From Parasitella parasitica NRRL 2501 (Eukaryota; Fungi; Mucoromycota), in assembly GCA_025201805.1 (NCBI GenBank), contig MU619243.1:349773-413772 (forward strand): DNA of 64,000 nucleotides. The letters run 5' to 3'. The first letter of the stretch is position 1; each line of letters starts with the position of its first letter. The translations under genes were made by a program, and so were the position numbers. The notes beneath the pieces were generated by a model. That model searched no databases, was not told the origin of the DNA, and saw nothing but the letters and a program-made list of their open reading frames with translations. Of the stretch, positions 13,392-26,479 are shown piece by piece.

Positions 13392-14441
13392 ATGGGAGTT
13401 GCTGGCACTTGGGGATTTTTACAAAGCAAAAATGTCAAAGCTATCAAGTCCAACGATGCTCAGCATAATTCAGGTGCTCATTTCCAAAAAACAATTCATA
13501 TCGACTTGGTAGGCGCCTTCTATAGAAGCATCAGAAGATACTTTTTTAACACGCATGAACAAGATGAGCGCAAAAAATTAAATGCAGCACATCGACTTTT
13601 GACCGAGATACGTGCTGTGGTCAACAAAAGAAACTGTATCCTGTATATTGACGGCAAGCCTACGTATGAGCGTGATTTCGCTCATAGTAACCGCCTTGAA
13701 AACCTGCTGCAAATCCAAGAGAAATTGGAAAAGGAAATCGTCGAATACAACAAACTTCGTACAAAAGCAAGGCACAAGACAATCATGTTCTTGGCCAGAC
13801 AACTTTTCCGAGTGGATCCTGATATTGAGAGCGCCATCCACAGAGCTGCTCAGCAAAGCGGCTGGCGTGTTGTCGTTGCTGAAGGTGAAGCAGAGGTTGA
13901 AATCGGGAGAATTGGTGGTGTTGTCCTCACTCAAGATTCAGACATGCTCTTTTACCCCAAGGTTGATACCGTCATTTGTCCATTTGATGGCGCCTATGTC
14001 TTTTACAACAAGTCGACAATACTGCCTGAACTTGACTTGAGCAATGAATTCTTTACGGTTATGGGCATAGTTGCAAAGAACGACTACGATCAAGACTTTT
14101 ATGCTGAGAAAAAGAACGAAAACGATAGAGATTGGTACAAAAATTGCATGGCTGATATTCACAAGGAGCTAGTCGACATCAGAAAAGAGAGCTTCGTTGC
14201 TGGGAAATTGACTGGAAGCAGTTTGATTAAAGCCATTCTCAAGGCTTATGTATCATGCATGAATGCCAAAACCGGAAAAGATATTGGTGTTGATGCTTAC
14301 GAAAACTCGTATAGCATCTTTGGTTTGCAGCAAGAGCAACCGCTGGTGGAATCATACGACTCTCGTTCTTTTGAACTTCATCGACCTGCATTTTATCTGG
14401 ATATGATCCACAATTATTCTCGCTATGGTTACCACTTGTAG
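13392..14441 (+). CDS. PIN-domain (FEN1/XPG-like) nuclease ORF, probably with decayed downstream exons
   Basis: MGVAGTWGFL start; IHIDLVG; LYIDG; AEGEAEVEIG; TQDSDMLFY; GIVAKNDY. These match the acidic motifs of the 5'-nuclease/PIN fold. Confidence 0.65.
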   Translation: MGVAGTWGFLQSKNVKAIKSNDAQHNSGAHFQKTIHIDLVGAFYRSIRRYFFNTHEQDERKKLNAAHRLLTEIRAVVNKRNCILYIDGKPTYERDFAHSNRLENLLQIQEKLEKEIVEYNKLRTKARHKTIMFLARQLFRVDPDIESAIHRAAQQSGWRVVVAEGEAEVEIGRIGGVVLTQDSDMLFYPKVDTVICPFDGAYVFYNKSTILPELDLSNEFFTVMGIVAKNDYDQDFYAEKKNENDRDWYKNCMADIHKELVDIRKESFVAGKLTGSSLIKAILKAYVSCMNAKTGKDIGVDAYENSYSIFGLQQEQPLVESYDSRSFELHRPAFYLDMIHNYSRYGYHL

Positions 14442-17400
14442 TTTGCCATATTTCCGACTGTAATCAAATATTATATCATACAGCAAGCATTTTGATTGAT
14501 GGGCAGTAAAACATCTGCAAAGATAAACAAAGTAAGTACACTTGTAGCAAGCAATGCTTGTAAAATCACTGCCAAAGACTCACGCAATTCGCAAACCAAA
14601 TAGACATTGCATATGCACAAGCAAGCTTTTTTTTTTTTTTTTTCTTTTTTTTTTGTAATTAAAAGTATGCTTTTGTTGGTTCTCGTAGCCTTCAACTACC
14701 ACGATACTAACAGGATCAACCTCGTGAAGGTCAAAGCATATCTGATCCTATAAGGCTGAAGGATTTATCTGGATCCCAATAAACCCAACAACCCCTCTTT
14801 CATAAACCAAGACGACCATCAGGCGTCAACTTAGTAGGTTCGAGTGATAACGCGAAGCCCCAAGTAATATTGAGAGTTATGTCTTTTAAAGCCATTAGGC
14901 AGAGGCAGTTAAAAGACAAACAATATTTGACAAAACTAGTTGACCAGGTTTATCAAGCTGCAGAGAGCCCGTCAAAACATAGCTACAAATGAGCTGCTTC
15001 AAGCAGTGTTGATTAAAGCAGGCGCCCACATAATACTGCTCTAATACAACACACCATCAAGAGGCACTAGCAGTTATCTGCCGACTAACCTATTTACACA
15101 TGTCCTAGTATACAAGAACACAAATGTAAAACGCTAGCATGTAATGAAACCTAAAGTAAGGCTTACAAATCTACCCTCATTTAAACTGAAGAGAATGAAC
15201 TCGCACAGTATAGTGGCAATGGTGTACTGCACCGGAAGCCGAAAGAGGATTGAATATAGAAGAGCCAAAAGAAAATGCACAAGAAGAGCAGAAATGCTCA
15301 CTATAAAACTGCGCTTGCTGCGGCCATCTTTGGTGACGTCTACGAATCTAGACACGCATAGAAGAGATACAGAGTGTTTCACGCGACTGGTCGCACAGCA
15401 GGCTCACTGAGTACATTTACCCATTGGAGAGAAGAAACATCAAATGGTCGTTGACCATGAAATACGGTAGTATAATATTTAGGCTTGCTGCTCCAAGTAA
15501 ACCATTTTCACTGAAAGGAAAGCATAGAGCGATAGAGAGTGTCAAAGAGAGAAGGTAATACTCTCATTTGAGAATCAAATCAAAAGGTACTTGTCGTTTG
15601 AATTACCAAATTGCCATACCCAGTCTAAGCGCACAAAATAATGATGAGAGAAATGCCACGGAAACAAGATTGGAAGTGTCGCTATGTGTTACATGTATAG
15701 AGTAATGCATGGTATCTTCTAGTATATGTGCCATTTGCACAAGATCCGCTATCATAGCATTCAGGCTAAGAACAAGTGAGTAGTGGACTATAAATTGTAT
15801 GTGCTGTGAACAACATTCGATTATCATGGATTTATCACATAATCTACCAGTTTAATGTTGATACTTTGATATGATCTGTCTTGTTGGTTTGACATTGACT
15901 TTATCGGTTCGGAATTGTTCCATCACTACACAGAGCATGGGAATTGATTTGATTTTCATGATTAAAGACGCATAAACAAAAAATGTATCTATATATGATA
16001 ATAGACCTTGCGCTTGCTGTAAATAAACTATTATTTATATGTAAAGCACAAAATTGTAATTTTAAAAGCATTGATTGTTGTGTTAAAGAGGTTCCAAATG
16101 TCAAGGTACTCTTGAGGTTGTACCAATGATCTAACTGTGAACGGATATCACCTGCTAATGTCGGGCGCGATGGCTCGTAGGTTCTGTATGAATGGACCAT
16201 TATTTTCGTTACTGAACTTGGGTTTGTGGTTGAGTTTTGTTCAGTTATTGAGCTATCTTTCGTCGTACTATTTTGGGTACCTGCCGGTTTATCACACTTT
16301 ACTTCCGTCCCATTCCACGTTTAAGCATGAAATGCAGCCCTGTTTGCTGCTGGATTGAGTTTATACAGTGTAAAAACTACAAAGTATCATCCGATGCTAA
16401 TATTATATTGTATGGCTGTTTGACTTCTGAACCCACCCATTTCTTTTGATGAGAGTCTCTGGCTACAGGATGAAGAGCTGTCTACTACTTCACTGTCATG
16501 TTGGGATACTGGATGGGCCACTTTAGTTTGTGGGCTTTTTGTACTCCCCCTCTTCCAGGTGCTCTATTCAGAAATTTATATTTGATGAAATATAAAATTG
16601 GGTCTTTTGCTCATCCGTATAGAGGTCTCAAGTCTTTCCAGTTCAATACTTAATTCAAATATCAACTGGTTGATAAAGCCATTGCTCCCAAATAGTAAAA
16701 ATTTCTGTTCTGAATAGGGTCATCATCTTCATTGTAAAAACTATCAAATCCGTCTTTTGCGAAAAATCCAAGACGCATTAACTTCTATGTTTGTGATTAA
16801 ATGAGAGAAATGAGACTTGGTAATGTAATTTGATATGTTGCTGTTGCTTAAATTGCAATGTAGAACTGGGAGGCACTGTAGCATTCGGATAAAAGTATAT
16901 CTAGAACATGGAATCTTAATGGTCGCGGCGATCTGAAATTTGTTTGTATATCGCGCTACCCCCTTTTGATCTCATATTTTCCATATTAATAATGCATTCT
17001 AAATCATTAGTCATTTGTTTTTATGCAGCACAGCATTAGCCTTTTATCAATTTTACGCAGCAGCAGAAAAACAAAAAGCATATACTTGCGATTTTTTTTA
17101 ATTTCTCCATTTTAAAAATCTGAGCATCTTATTGTGTCTTTTCCCCCTCCCCCTCAAATCAAGATAAATCAAATGTTTCAGTAAAGAAAAGAATCCTGGG
17201 GTCGTACCTAGCTGTGAATTCGTTTATCATATTTTAAAAAGAACAAAGAAGGAGAGTCTTTGTGAAGAATGGTGGTAGTAATATTCAATAAGCGAGTTGT
17301 ACAAGGAGAGGGACACAATGAATCTTACCCGACGTGTTAGACATGAATCGCGTAGAAGTTCCTACAAACAACGCGCTCAAAAAATTTGTTATTCGTCGTT

Positions 17401-17510
17401 GTATAGTCACGTAAATGAACGACAAAAAGTATAAAACGAGCACATGGATGCCCAATGTTTCCTGCTTCTACATTTCTTTTTCATTCATACAACTAGTCCT
17501 TTTAACAATC

Positions 17511-18631
17511 ATGTCTGCTACCATCGAACCTACCGCTCAATTGGCCAAACTATCTTTGAATGACACTGAAATCAAAAAGCTAAATGATGCTGCTCAAGGT
17601 GAAGAGGTTGAAGAGATCCTCAGGGATAACACCAGACGTTTCTGTCTGTTCCCCATCAAATATCACGAGGTAAGTTGTTTAAGACAGCGTAATGATGCAT
17701 CATCTAACCTGTCCTGATTTATCAGATCTGGCAATTCTACAAGAAGGCTGAAGCTTCCTTCTGGACCGCAGAAGAGATTGACTTGTCCAAGGATCAACAT
17801 GACTGGGAAACCAAGATGAATGAAAACGAGAGATACTTTATTTCTCGTGTATTGGCTTTCTTTGCTAGTGCGGATGGTGTTGTAAACGAAAATCTGGTTC
17901 AGAACTTCTGCGATGAAGTCAAGATCCCTGAAGCCAAGTGTTTCTATGGTTTCCAAATCGCCATTGAGAATATCCATGCCGAGACATACAGTCTTTTGAT
18001 CGACACTTACATCAAGGACAGTGCTGAAAAGGAAATGCTCTTTGATGCCATTGAAACCATCCCCTGCATCAAGAGAAAGGCTGACTGGGCCTTCAAGTGG
18101 ATCTCTGGAAATGACTCTTTTGCTGAGAGATTAGTCGCCTTTGCTGCCGTCGAGGGCATCTTCTTTTCTGGTTCATTTGCCTCCATTTTCTGGCTCAAGA
18201 AGCGTGGCCTCATGCCCGGCTTGACATTCTCTAACGAGCTGATCTCTCGTGATGAGGGTCTTCATACCGACTTTGCCTGTCTCTTGTTCACTCATCTCAA
18301 GAAGACCCCCTCCCAAGAGCGTGTAAAGAGCATCCTTGTTGAGGCTGTTGAGATTGAGCAGGAATTCTTGACTGACGCTCTACCTGTTAATCTCATTGGC
18401 ATGAACGCCAAGCTCATGTGCCAATACATTGAATTCGTTGCCGACAGACTCATGGTCGCTCTTGGTTTCGATAAAATTTACAATGCCTCCAACCCCTTTG
18501 ACTTTATGGATATGATTTCGCTCCAAGGAAAGACCAACTTCTTTGAGAAGCGTGTCTCCGATTACCAACGCGCTGGCGTAATGAACAAGACACCCGTTGA
18601 AAAGACTTTCACTCTGGATGCCGATTTCTAA
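17511..18631 (+). CDS. RNR2: Ribonucleotide reductase small subunit (R2), 2 exons
   Basis: [55 protein letters not shown]; C-terminal FTLDADF. Confidence 0.97.
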
Positions 18632-18940
18632 CCTGACTTATATCACCCTTATTATAACTATTACTTTTTTTTTTTTTCTTTTATTTCACAAATGATCCCT
18701 TACTGTAAATATATTTCCATTAAATGACAAAGATCACTCCCTCCTCTTACTTTTTTCTTTTTTTTTCTTTTTTTTTTTTTTTTCAAAAGAAATAAAACTA
18801 TCATAATATAAACTGATATCGCAAATTTGACTAAAAGTACGACAAGAAATAACATGGTTGCATAACGATGGAAATGCACTCTAAACCATTGACATGTTGT
18901 AATAGCTGTTGTTTTTTTTATTTTATTTATTTATAAATGT

Positions 18941-21592
18941 TTATGCACTTTTACTCATCTCCTTGAAATATTCATGAAGCTTCTTTTGATTATCAAACTC
19001 TTTTTGAAGCTTCTTCTTTCTACTCTTGGTAATCTCTTCGCCATCCTTGGTATGAGTAGGGAATCCGGATTCATCGAACTTTGAAAACTCCTCTGAGCTC
19101 TTGAACATATCAGATGGCGCAACTCTGCCCTTTTCAAGCTTCTCCAAGTGCTTGCGCTCACGTTCAGCAGCGGCCGCAGCCTTCTTGGCTTCCTTTTCCG
19201 CTGCAATGGCCAGCTTCTTTTCCCGGGCTTGAATCAATTCTTCCCGAGGAACAAGCTTAACAAGTGCTACGCCGTCCTCTTGATCATCTAATGATACACT
19301 GAGGTCAATCATTTGGTTATCGCGAAGAGAATCACACATCGTCAAGAATTCAGTGTGTTCAACCTTGCTAAGAGCACCATTTCTAACTTGATCTCTGAAA
19401 GTAGAAAGGGCTTGTAAATAGGGCATCAAAATATCTTCAGTCTATTCAATATTTCAGTTAGCACACAAGATCTGTTGTTACATTCCGTACACTTACATTG
19501 CCAGCTTCTTGGCCAGCAGCAGCAGCACCCAAGCCAATTTCAGCACCATTATCAGCAACGCCAAAAACCTTCAGCATAGAAGTAACCCATTTGGCAACCT
19601 TGCTTAAAATATGGACATTCACACCCTTGGTATCAACTTTCATGTATTTGTTTGCACCAGAAATCAAATCCACGATTTCATCCATCGCAGCAGATGTATT
19701 GATAGAGTCACAGAGAGCAGCGTGCACAGCATCTTGCTTCTCTTGTAACAATTCCAGCAACTTTTGCTCCAGTTCTCTGAAGCGATGTGTAATGGCACCA
19801 CCAGACAACTCAGTAGCGCCACGACTGCCGTCGCTCTGAATCTTGTAAATCATGGCTTTAGTGTTATCGAAGAAATTCTTGATGAATTGCTCCAATTGAA
19901 TAGTTTCCTGCATGCTAGATTTTTTAAAATCCATCTTGGCGTCCCATTGATGCAACAAGAAAAAGATACGCAGCTGGCGAGCTGTGTAAGTCTTGAGAGC
20001 CTCGCTGATGGTGATAAAGTTCTTTAAGCTCTTGGACATCTTTTGGCCTTCAACGTGGAGGTGACCAGCATGCAAGAAATAATTGACCCATTGCTCGCAG
20101 TTGTAGTGAGCTTCTGATTGAGCCAGTTCATTGTCATGATGAGGGAAGGCCAAGTCAACACCGCCAGAGTGAATGTCCATATTCTGACCAAGAACAGCAC
20201 TGGCCATGACAGAACACTCGATATGCCACCCAGGACGACCTTGAGACCAAGGAGAATTCCACACAGGCTCTCCAGGCTTGGACGTTTTCCACAACGCAAA
20301 GTCGTTGGGACTCTTTTTGCCTTGGAGTTGGCTGCCCAAAGAACCCTCGCCATCCTCGATTAGGGCGGTATCGCCCTTGGACCAAGGCTCAAGCTTAGCA
20401 TAGTGATGACCAGCATGGCCATCATAACGAGAAGTGTCGAAATAGACGGAGCCGGCAGCAACATACGCATATCCATTGTCTATGATTTTCTGAACATAGT
20501 CGATAATCTCGGGAATGTATTCGCTGACGCGGGTTTGGACATCTGGAGCACGGACATTCAACGCTTCCATATCCTTGAAATATTCTTGTTCCCAGAAGGC
20601 CGGGAGTTCGCGGAAAACCTTGGGGTCAATGACCTCCTGTCCTTTCTAATTGCAATAGTTGATACCATACCACAGCCAAAAAAAAACAACAACAACATAT
20701 CCACACTTACTCTGGAATCTAACCAAGAAGAGATGATATCTTGGGAAGCAACTAAAAGTGCATCAGAAGCCTCTTTTCCCTTTACGCCCTTTTGCAAGTC
20801 TGCCTTGGCTGTTTGGATGGCAACATAAGACGTATCCTGGTCGAGCATCATCAGTCATCCATTTCCCTCCCTCGCTTCCTCTGCTTTAGTACTTACCAAA
20901 GCACTGTAAATCATTTTGAATTTTTCATCTAAAACAAGAGCCTTGGCAATCTCCTCAGGGGTCATTTTTTCAGTGAAATCTTTCCAGTTGGACGTAGCCG
21001 AGCTGACCAGAGAGGCGTCCAATTTCTTAAGCTTGGCATTAGCAAACTCCAGCCAAGCCTCCTCTGTTTGCTGAATGATATGCTGGTCTAGCCGAGTCGT
21101 CTCCTTTTTCAGATTCTCAAAAAGGTATTGTTGACGTGCACGCAGAATAATCTTGTCGTCGATATCAGTGATATTCTGAACAAACAAGACATCGTAATTG
21201 AAATAGTCTTCCAGCACACGACGGATAATATCCATACTCAGGTAAGTTCTGGCGTGGCCCATATGAGAAGCGTCGTAGACAGTGGGTCCACAGTTGTACC
21301 AAGTGACACGTCTACCAGCTTTGGGGATGAAATCAGTCTAGCGACAAACCGTCAACACATCATCCCGCATCTATACCAAATGTGCACGACGACCCGTACT
21401 AACCTTTGTCTTTGTAAGTGAGTTTTGGAACTTTAGGACAGGCGTTTCTTTGGCAGAAGGTGCCAGCCATTTGGGTTGCTGTCTGGACATTGTGTGGATC
21501 GATCGTCGGGTTGGAAACTTGTTAAAGTGTGCTTTTCTGGATAGGTGAACTGAAGGACGGAATAGAACTGTTACAAAGGGCAAAATACGCAT
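18941..21592 (-). CDS. CARS1: Cysteinyl-tRNA synthetase, 5 exons, two in-frame ATGs
   Basis: [15 protein letters not shown] (HIGH), [28 protein letters not shown]. Confidence 0.95.
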
Positions 21593-21648
21593 GCAACCAA
21601 CTTTTTTTTTCAAACCAAAAAAAGAAAAAACTGACTCACTTCTTTTGA

Positions 21649-21708
<60 letters not shown>

Positions 21709-22425
21709 CTGAAAGAAGAAGAAATTTCAGTCGTGTATTTCAAGTGATTGTGGGTATATATGGCCTATTACTAGTGGCTTAGGACATTATGGCATTCAAT
21801 GCAATGATGAGTCAATTGTGTCGATCAAGGATGAATCGTATAACAACAACATAAACTTACGGAGGCCGCAGTAAAATTCAGATGACCCGTGTTTAAGGCT
21901 ATCATGACAAAACTGTGTCTAGTAGCAGCCATCTTCACTTTCTTTTAGAGAATGCATGCAAAACTTGTAAATGATTATGCCTATTTTTCATTGTTCCGGA
22001 GACCCTGACAAGTTGGACATACAGCTGCTAATTTCAGCACTGAGAGTCGGGTCCACTTGTAAATAGCTTTTATATATTATGAATATTAATACACGCTGTG
22101 TTTGGATCGTACATGCCCTATCATATAAAGCAGGCTCGTCGTATTATGGGCGAGCTATTATTAGGCGCATGTTGATGCTTGTATGATATAATTACATACA
22201 AAATCATACGTCTCGTAATGCAATGGCACGACAAGTTTCTGAATCGAAATAGTACATTTTTTTTTATTTTTTTACTGGATTGGAAAATGGATACCTCTTC
22301 AAGAATATGTATATAGTTTTAGCAAAGAGACGATGGAAATAACATGTGAAAAAAAAGGGGGGGGGGATGGAGCGAAGAAGAATCTAGAAAATGAAATAGC
22401 AATATTGGGTGGTGGACATTTTTGT

Positions 22426-24784
22426 TTAAAGGTAGAATAAAGAAGGAGACTTGACAGTGAATTTGAGGTATGCATTCAACGCAACTGCAAACAAAAGAGC
22501 AAAGCAAATGACTGTAGGACCAACTAATTCATCATAAGGGCCAGCAGCACGATTGTGAATCAGCTCACGGCGACGGTAGTAGAGGCCCATACCATACATC
22601 AAAGTGGATACAGATACAAGGGTATAAACAATACCACTTAATTTTCCAACAGCATCGCCTGAATTGAACAAAGCAAGCGAAAAGGTGGAAATAAGTGTAC
22701 CAAACGACATCCACGAAAAGTAGGTACGTTCATTGGCAAAGAAAACCTTTGGCTCCACGCGAAGTGGTGTAACAATCTTTTTGGGGATCTTTACGCCAGG
22801 TGGTAGAATGACAGGAGCAGCGTTGAGTTGTCTCTGCTGTTGCTCCTGTTGTTTTTTGCTGAGATGGCCAGACTTGCCCATGAATTTATCAAAGACGGAG
22901 CTGATGCTCTCAACAATCTTGGACGGTAAACCTTCTTCTTCTTCTTTGCCAGCATCAGCGGCAGTAGTGGAACTTTCAGTAACGGCGGAAGGGCCTTGAT
23001 ATGTTCCCATATAAGATTGAGATCCACTCGTGCCCAACAAAGAGGAGCGTTCATTGGATGGCTGTGAGGCACGTGTACGAGACTCCGAGAGGATGGAATC
23101 GACCTCACTGGGTGCTTTGCTCTTGCCCTTGAGATTTTTTTGGGTTACAGATGGTGTAGTGGATGGCAAGGTTGGCAATTGTTGAATATCATTGTCCATT
23201 TGCGCCAACCAGTAAGGCAGAAGAGGGACTCGCGTGTCAAACATGACAGCAATACCATGGACAAACTTGGAGAAATCAAATGCTTCTTCCAAAATACCAC
23301 TTTCTTCCAAATCGACAATCCATTCGGGCTCCTTCTCATTGGGTGCCAATTCAAGTTTGATTTCAAATGTAGCAAAGGGGTATCTGTTGATATCATTTTC
23401 GTTTTTGAGGCTGTCAAAGGGGAAATTTGTATCAGCATCGGGTCTTCTCCAGCTGTCAGCAGGACGGCGAACCGTGTTATCGTCAGAAAATAGCTGGGAG
23501 TCTTCTCGGATAAAGCACAAATCAGTGTCCAATGCCATTCTGACACTTCTGTCGCCGGGGATTTGGAAAGCGGTTCTGCGGTAATAGGTACGCAGCACTA
23601 AATGGAGATTATTTTACTATTTAAATTCTCGGGGAATTTGGCGCAAAAGAAGCGAGCAGCCCATACCTGGTTGTTGATTTTTTTCCAAAATGGTTTTTTG
23701 GACATCCTTGATCAGATTTTCATAGTTTTGGACATCTTCTTGCGACCTGCCACTGTTTTTCAGTTTGCGCACAGCCTTCTCGATAAATGTCTGGTCGCCC
23801 TTCAAGAAGCCAGCGACGTATTTATCCTTGATGGTGAAACGATCCTTCAACTCGCCACGGCTTTCCTCAGCCAAAGTTCTGCGCTCAAAGCCAATTGCAT
23901 TGTTACCTTTAGCACTGCCGTACCAGCGAAGACGTATAACCTGCGAGCCTTCTGCCGCCTCAACACGAGAGTTGTACGAATCCAATTCAGCGTCATCCAA
24001 ATAGAGCGAGGAAATAGGAGGGTCGATGTTGTCTTGCTTTTTGCTGTTGTCACGGTACACCAGTACGGGCAGATGGCGAAGTACATACGTTTTAAGTTCC
24101 AAGACGTTTTCTGTTTGAACAAAAAAACGTTTCACAACCAAACGACGCTCATTGTTTGTTTGCTCGTCCAAAAAGTTCATAGCCTGCGAGGCAGGCTTGA
24201 AAGACATTGTCATACCGCCGTCCCTTACCTTGGCAAATAATTCAGACAGCTTGATCAAAAGGCCGTCGTTGTCCTCGTTCCAGAAGGGGCACTGATTCAA
24301 CCTCACCATAAACATGGGGCGAAGGACATAGTCTGTATGGCGGTCGTGTTTCTTTACGATCTTGAGGAAGCCAGTGTAGTTGATGCGAGAGAAGCGGGAA
24401 AGGCGGTTGATATCATCCGCAATCCAATTGATATTTTCCTGGATAGAGCCCATGTCAGCGGTGTCTTGGTCAGGGATCTGGTTGTTGATTTTATCATCAT
24501 ACGTTTCAATGCTCTTTTTGATTTCCTCGATTTTCTGTTGATGGAAAGCAAACACCTACAAAGCCGTTCACTTTGAATACAAAAGCACACGTGTGCATCT
24601 GTGTACGGAAACCTACCTTTTCGAGGTTATTGTCCAGCAGCTCGACAAACTCTGTTTCATCCTTTTCAGTGAAAGGCCTGTCCTTTTCAGCCTTCCTCAG
24701 CTTTTTCTTCAAGCCATCATAGTCAATGTAGAAAGGGGTCCACTCAGGGTAGATTGCATCTTTTAACTGCGAGCCAAACTTCAT
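22426..24784 (-). CDS. Vacuolar transporter chaperone subunit (SPX-VTC-TM; Vtc2/3/Vtc4 family), 3 exons
   Basis: SPX domain MKFG...YIDYDGLKK and NYTGFLKIVKKHD; IRLRWYG; RTAFQIPGD; VEPKVFFANERT; three C-terminal TM helices. Confidence 0.92.
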
Positions 24785-26479
24785 GCTTGTGTGTCGATAT
24801 GTGGCAGAGATGAAAGAAAGAAAAAAGAGGGAAAAAAAAAAACCCAATTTTTATGTTGCAGAAGAAGGGATCGGGAGCTTAATAAAACGGCCCTCTGTGA
24901 TGGAAGGAAGGATTTCCTTTTCACTCAATGATCTTCTGTACTGGGCTCGACGCAGCATTGGCACAGATATGCATGTCTTTCTTGGTAGGCGTTGTTTGGC
25001 TCTTTGTTTATTCTCCCTTTCTTCATACATGTTTGCCAATAAACATCAAATCTCATCCCACAGACAGAGCATTCAGATCACTCAGAATGTAACATTGCAC
25101 TTGGCTGCACGTTGTTGGATCGTCCTACTTGATTCGATTACAAGAGGCCTGATTTCCAAAACCGCAACCAATACTACATGTCAATGCGCCTGAAAATGAA
25201 GCTATTTTCCTGGATTCGTCAGTTCAGTCTTTTTGGGAGGGAAGCCCATGCATTCTTAAAAAAGCACAACTTCAGAAAATGCTGTAACACAAACAAGATC
25301 CTTCACGTTTGACAGTTTGTCCATGCGCCTGTTATTTCCATCCTCTGAGCAGCCAATGACACGTTTAACAGACTGGCCAAATTCACATTGGCAACGTCAC
25401 TATTAAAGTACGTACATGCGTCCACATTCCTCAGGCAGGAAGCTCTGTCTTCTTTGTTGCACGGACTTGCCAAAAACTGCACTGCAGAGAGTTTTCATCG
25501 GTATATCCATCTCTAGGAGTATTTAGCGGTTGCTGATTTATCAGGTCTCTCCCCAGAAGGATTCTGATTGCAGACCGTCACTATAATATCTCGTTTGCAA
25601 GGCTTGAATACAGCCATTACAAAAGGATGTGCACGCATTGAAAATAATGCTGACTGGTCCAGCAGCTCAAAATTGCTCGCTTTATCACTGAACAGCCTAA
25701 AGCAGGTCTTTTAGAATTGTAGTGTTTTGCGAAAAAAAGGCAGCTGATAAAGAGTGTTTTAATAATACAAAACCAAAGATGAAAAAAAGTGCCTCTTGGG
25801 TAGCACTAGAAAAAGTTCAAATAGACATTGATGTCCTTGACCACTTTTGAGCTCGACAGCACTATGATAAAATAAACAAAAGTTACTTTTGCGACACCAT
25901 TAGTTCTGTTGAGATTTCTCAAACCGCTTCTTGCCGTGTCTAAGGCTTGAGGGATGAGACTGGGCTGGACTAGTGTTTTATACATTTTGAATTCAGGATT
26001 CGTAAACTCTTCTCTCATGTGTCAAGTATGATACTGTTTACCTGCGATAAACTTGGTAGATGTGTAGTCTTGTAATATAAAGACATTGTTAGTAAAAACC
26101 ACGTACTAGTACGAATCTAGAGTCGAGCAACCAACACATCATGTTACCCTGCCGTTCAAACTGTCTAAAAGCCTAGCGCCACTTTTAGCGCTCAAAATCA
26201 CCACAGGAGGGGAGAGATATCGGCAAGTACGAAAAGAGTTTGATGCAGCCCCTGATTTACCATATATATGTTAATTCCTTTTTTTTTTTCTTTTAGAAGT
26301 TTTCATTTCTTTCTTCTTTACTTCTTGCCAACAATAAGAATGACAGTAACATCTGCTTTTAATACTTCACCTAATAGCATCCGCTCGAATCCCTTTGGTA
26401 AAGCGCACATGTATGCACATGTATTTCTTGAAACTCATATTCATGCTTCATATTTTTTTTTGGTAAAGATAACCATCCT

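Noticed and set aside
15900-16800. Coding-like minus-strand remnant
   Set aside because: Many stops and no recognisable motif; cannot be assigned.
11498-18631. dCMP deaminase + 5'-nuclease + RNR small subunit as an endogenous giant-virus nucleotide-metabolism cluster
   Set aside because: DCD1 and RNR2 carry normal spliceosomal introns and typical fungal architecture; no capsid, polymerase or packaging genes are nearby.
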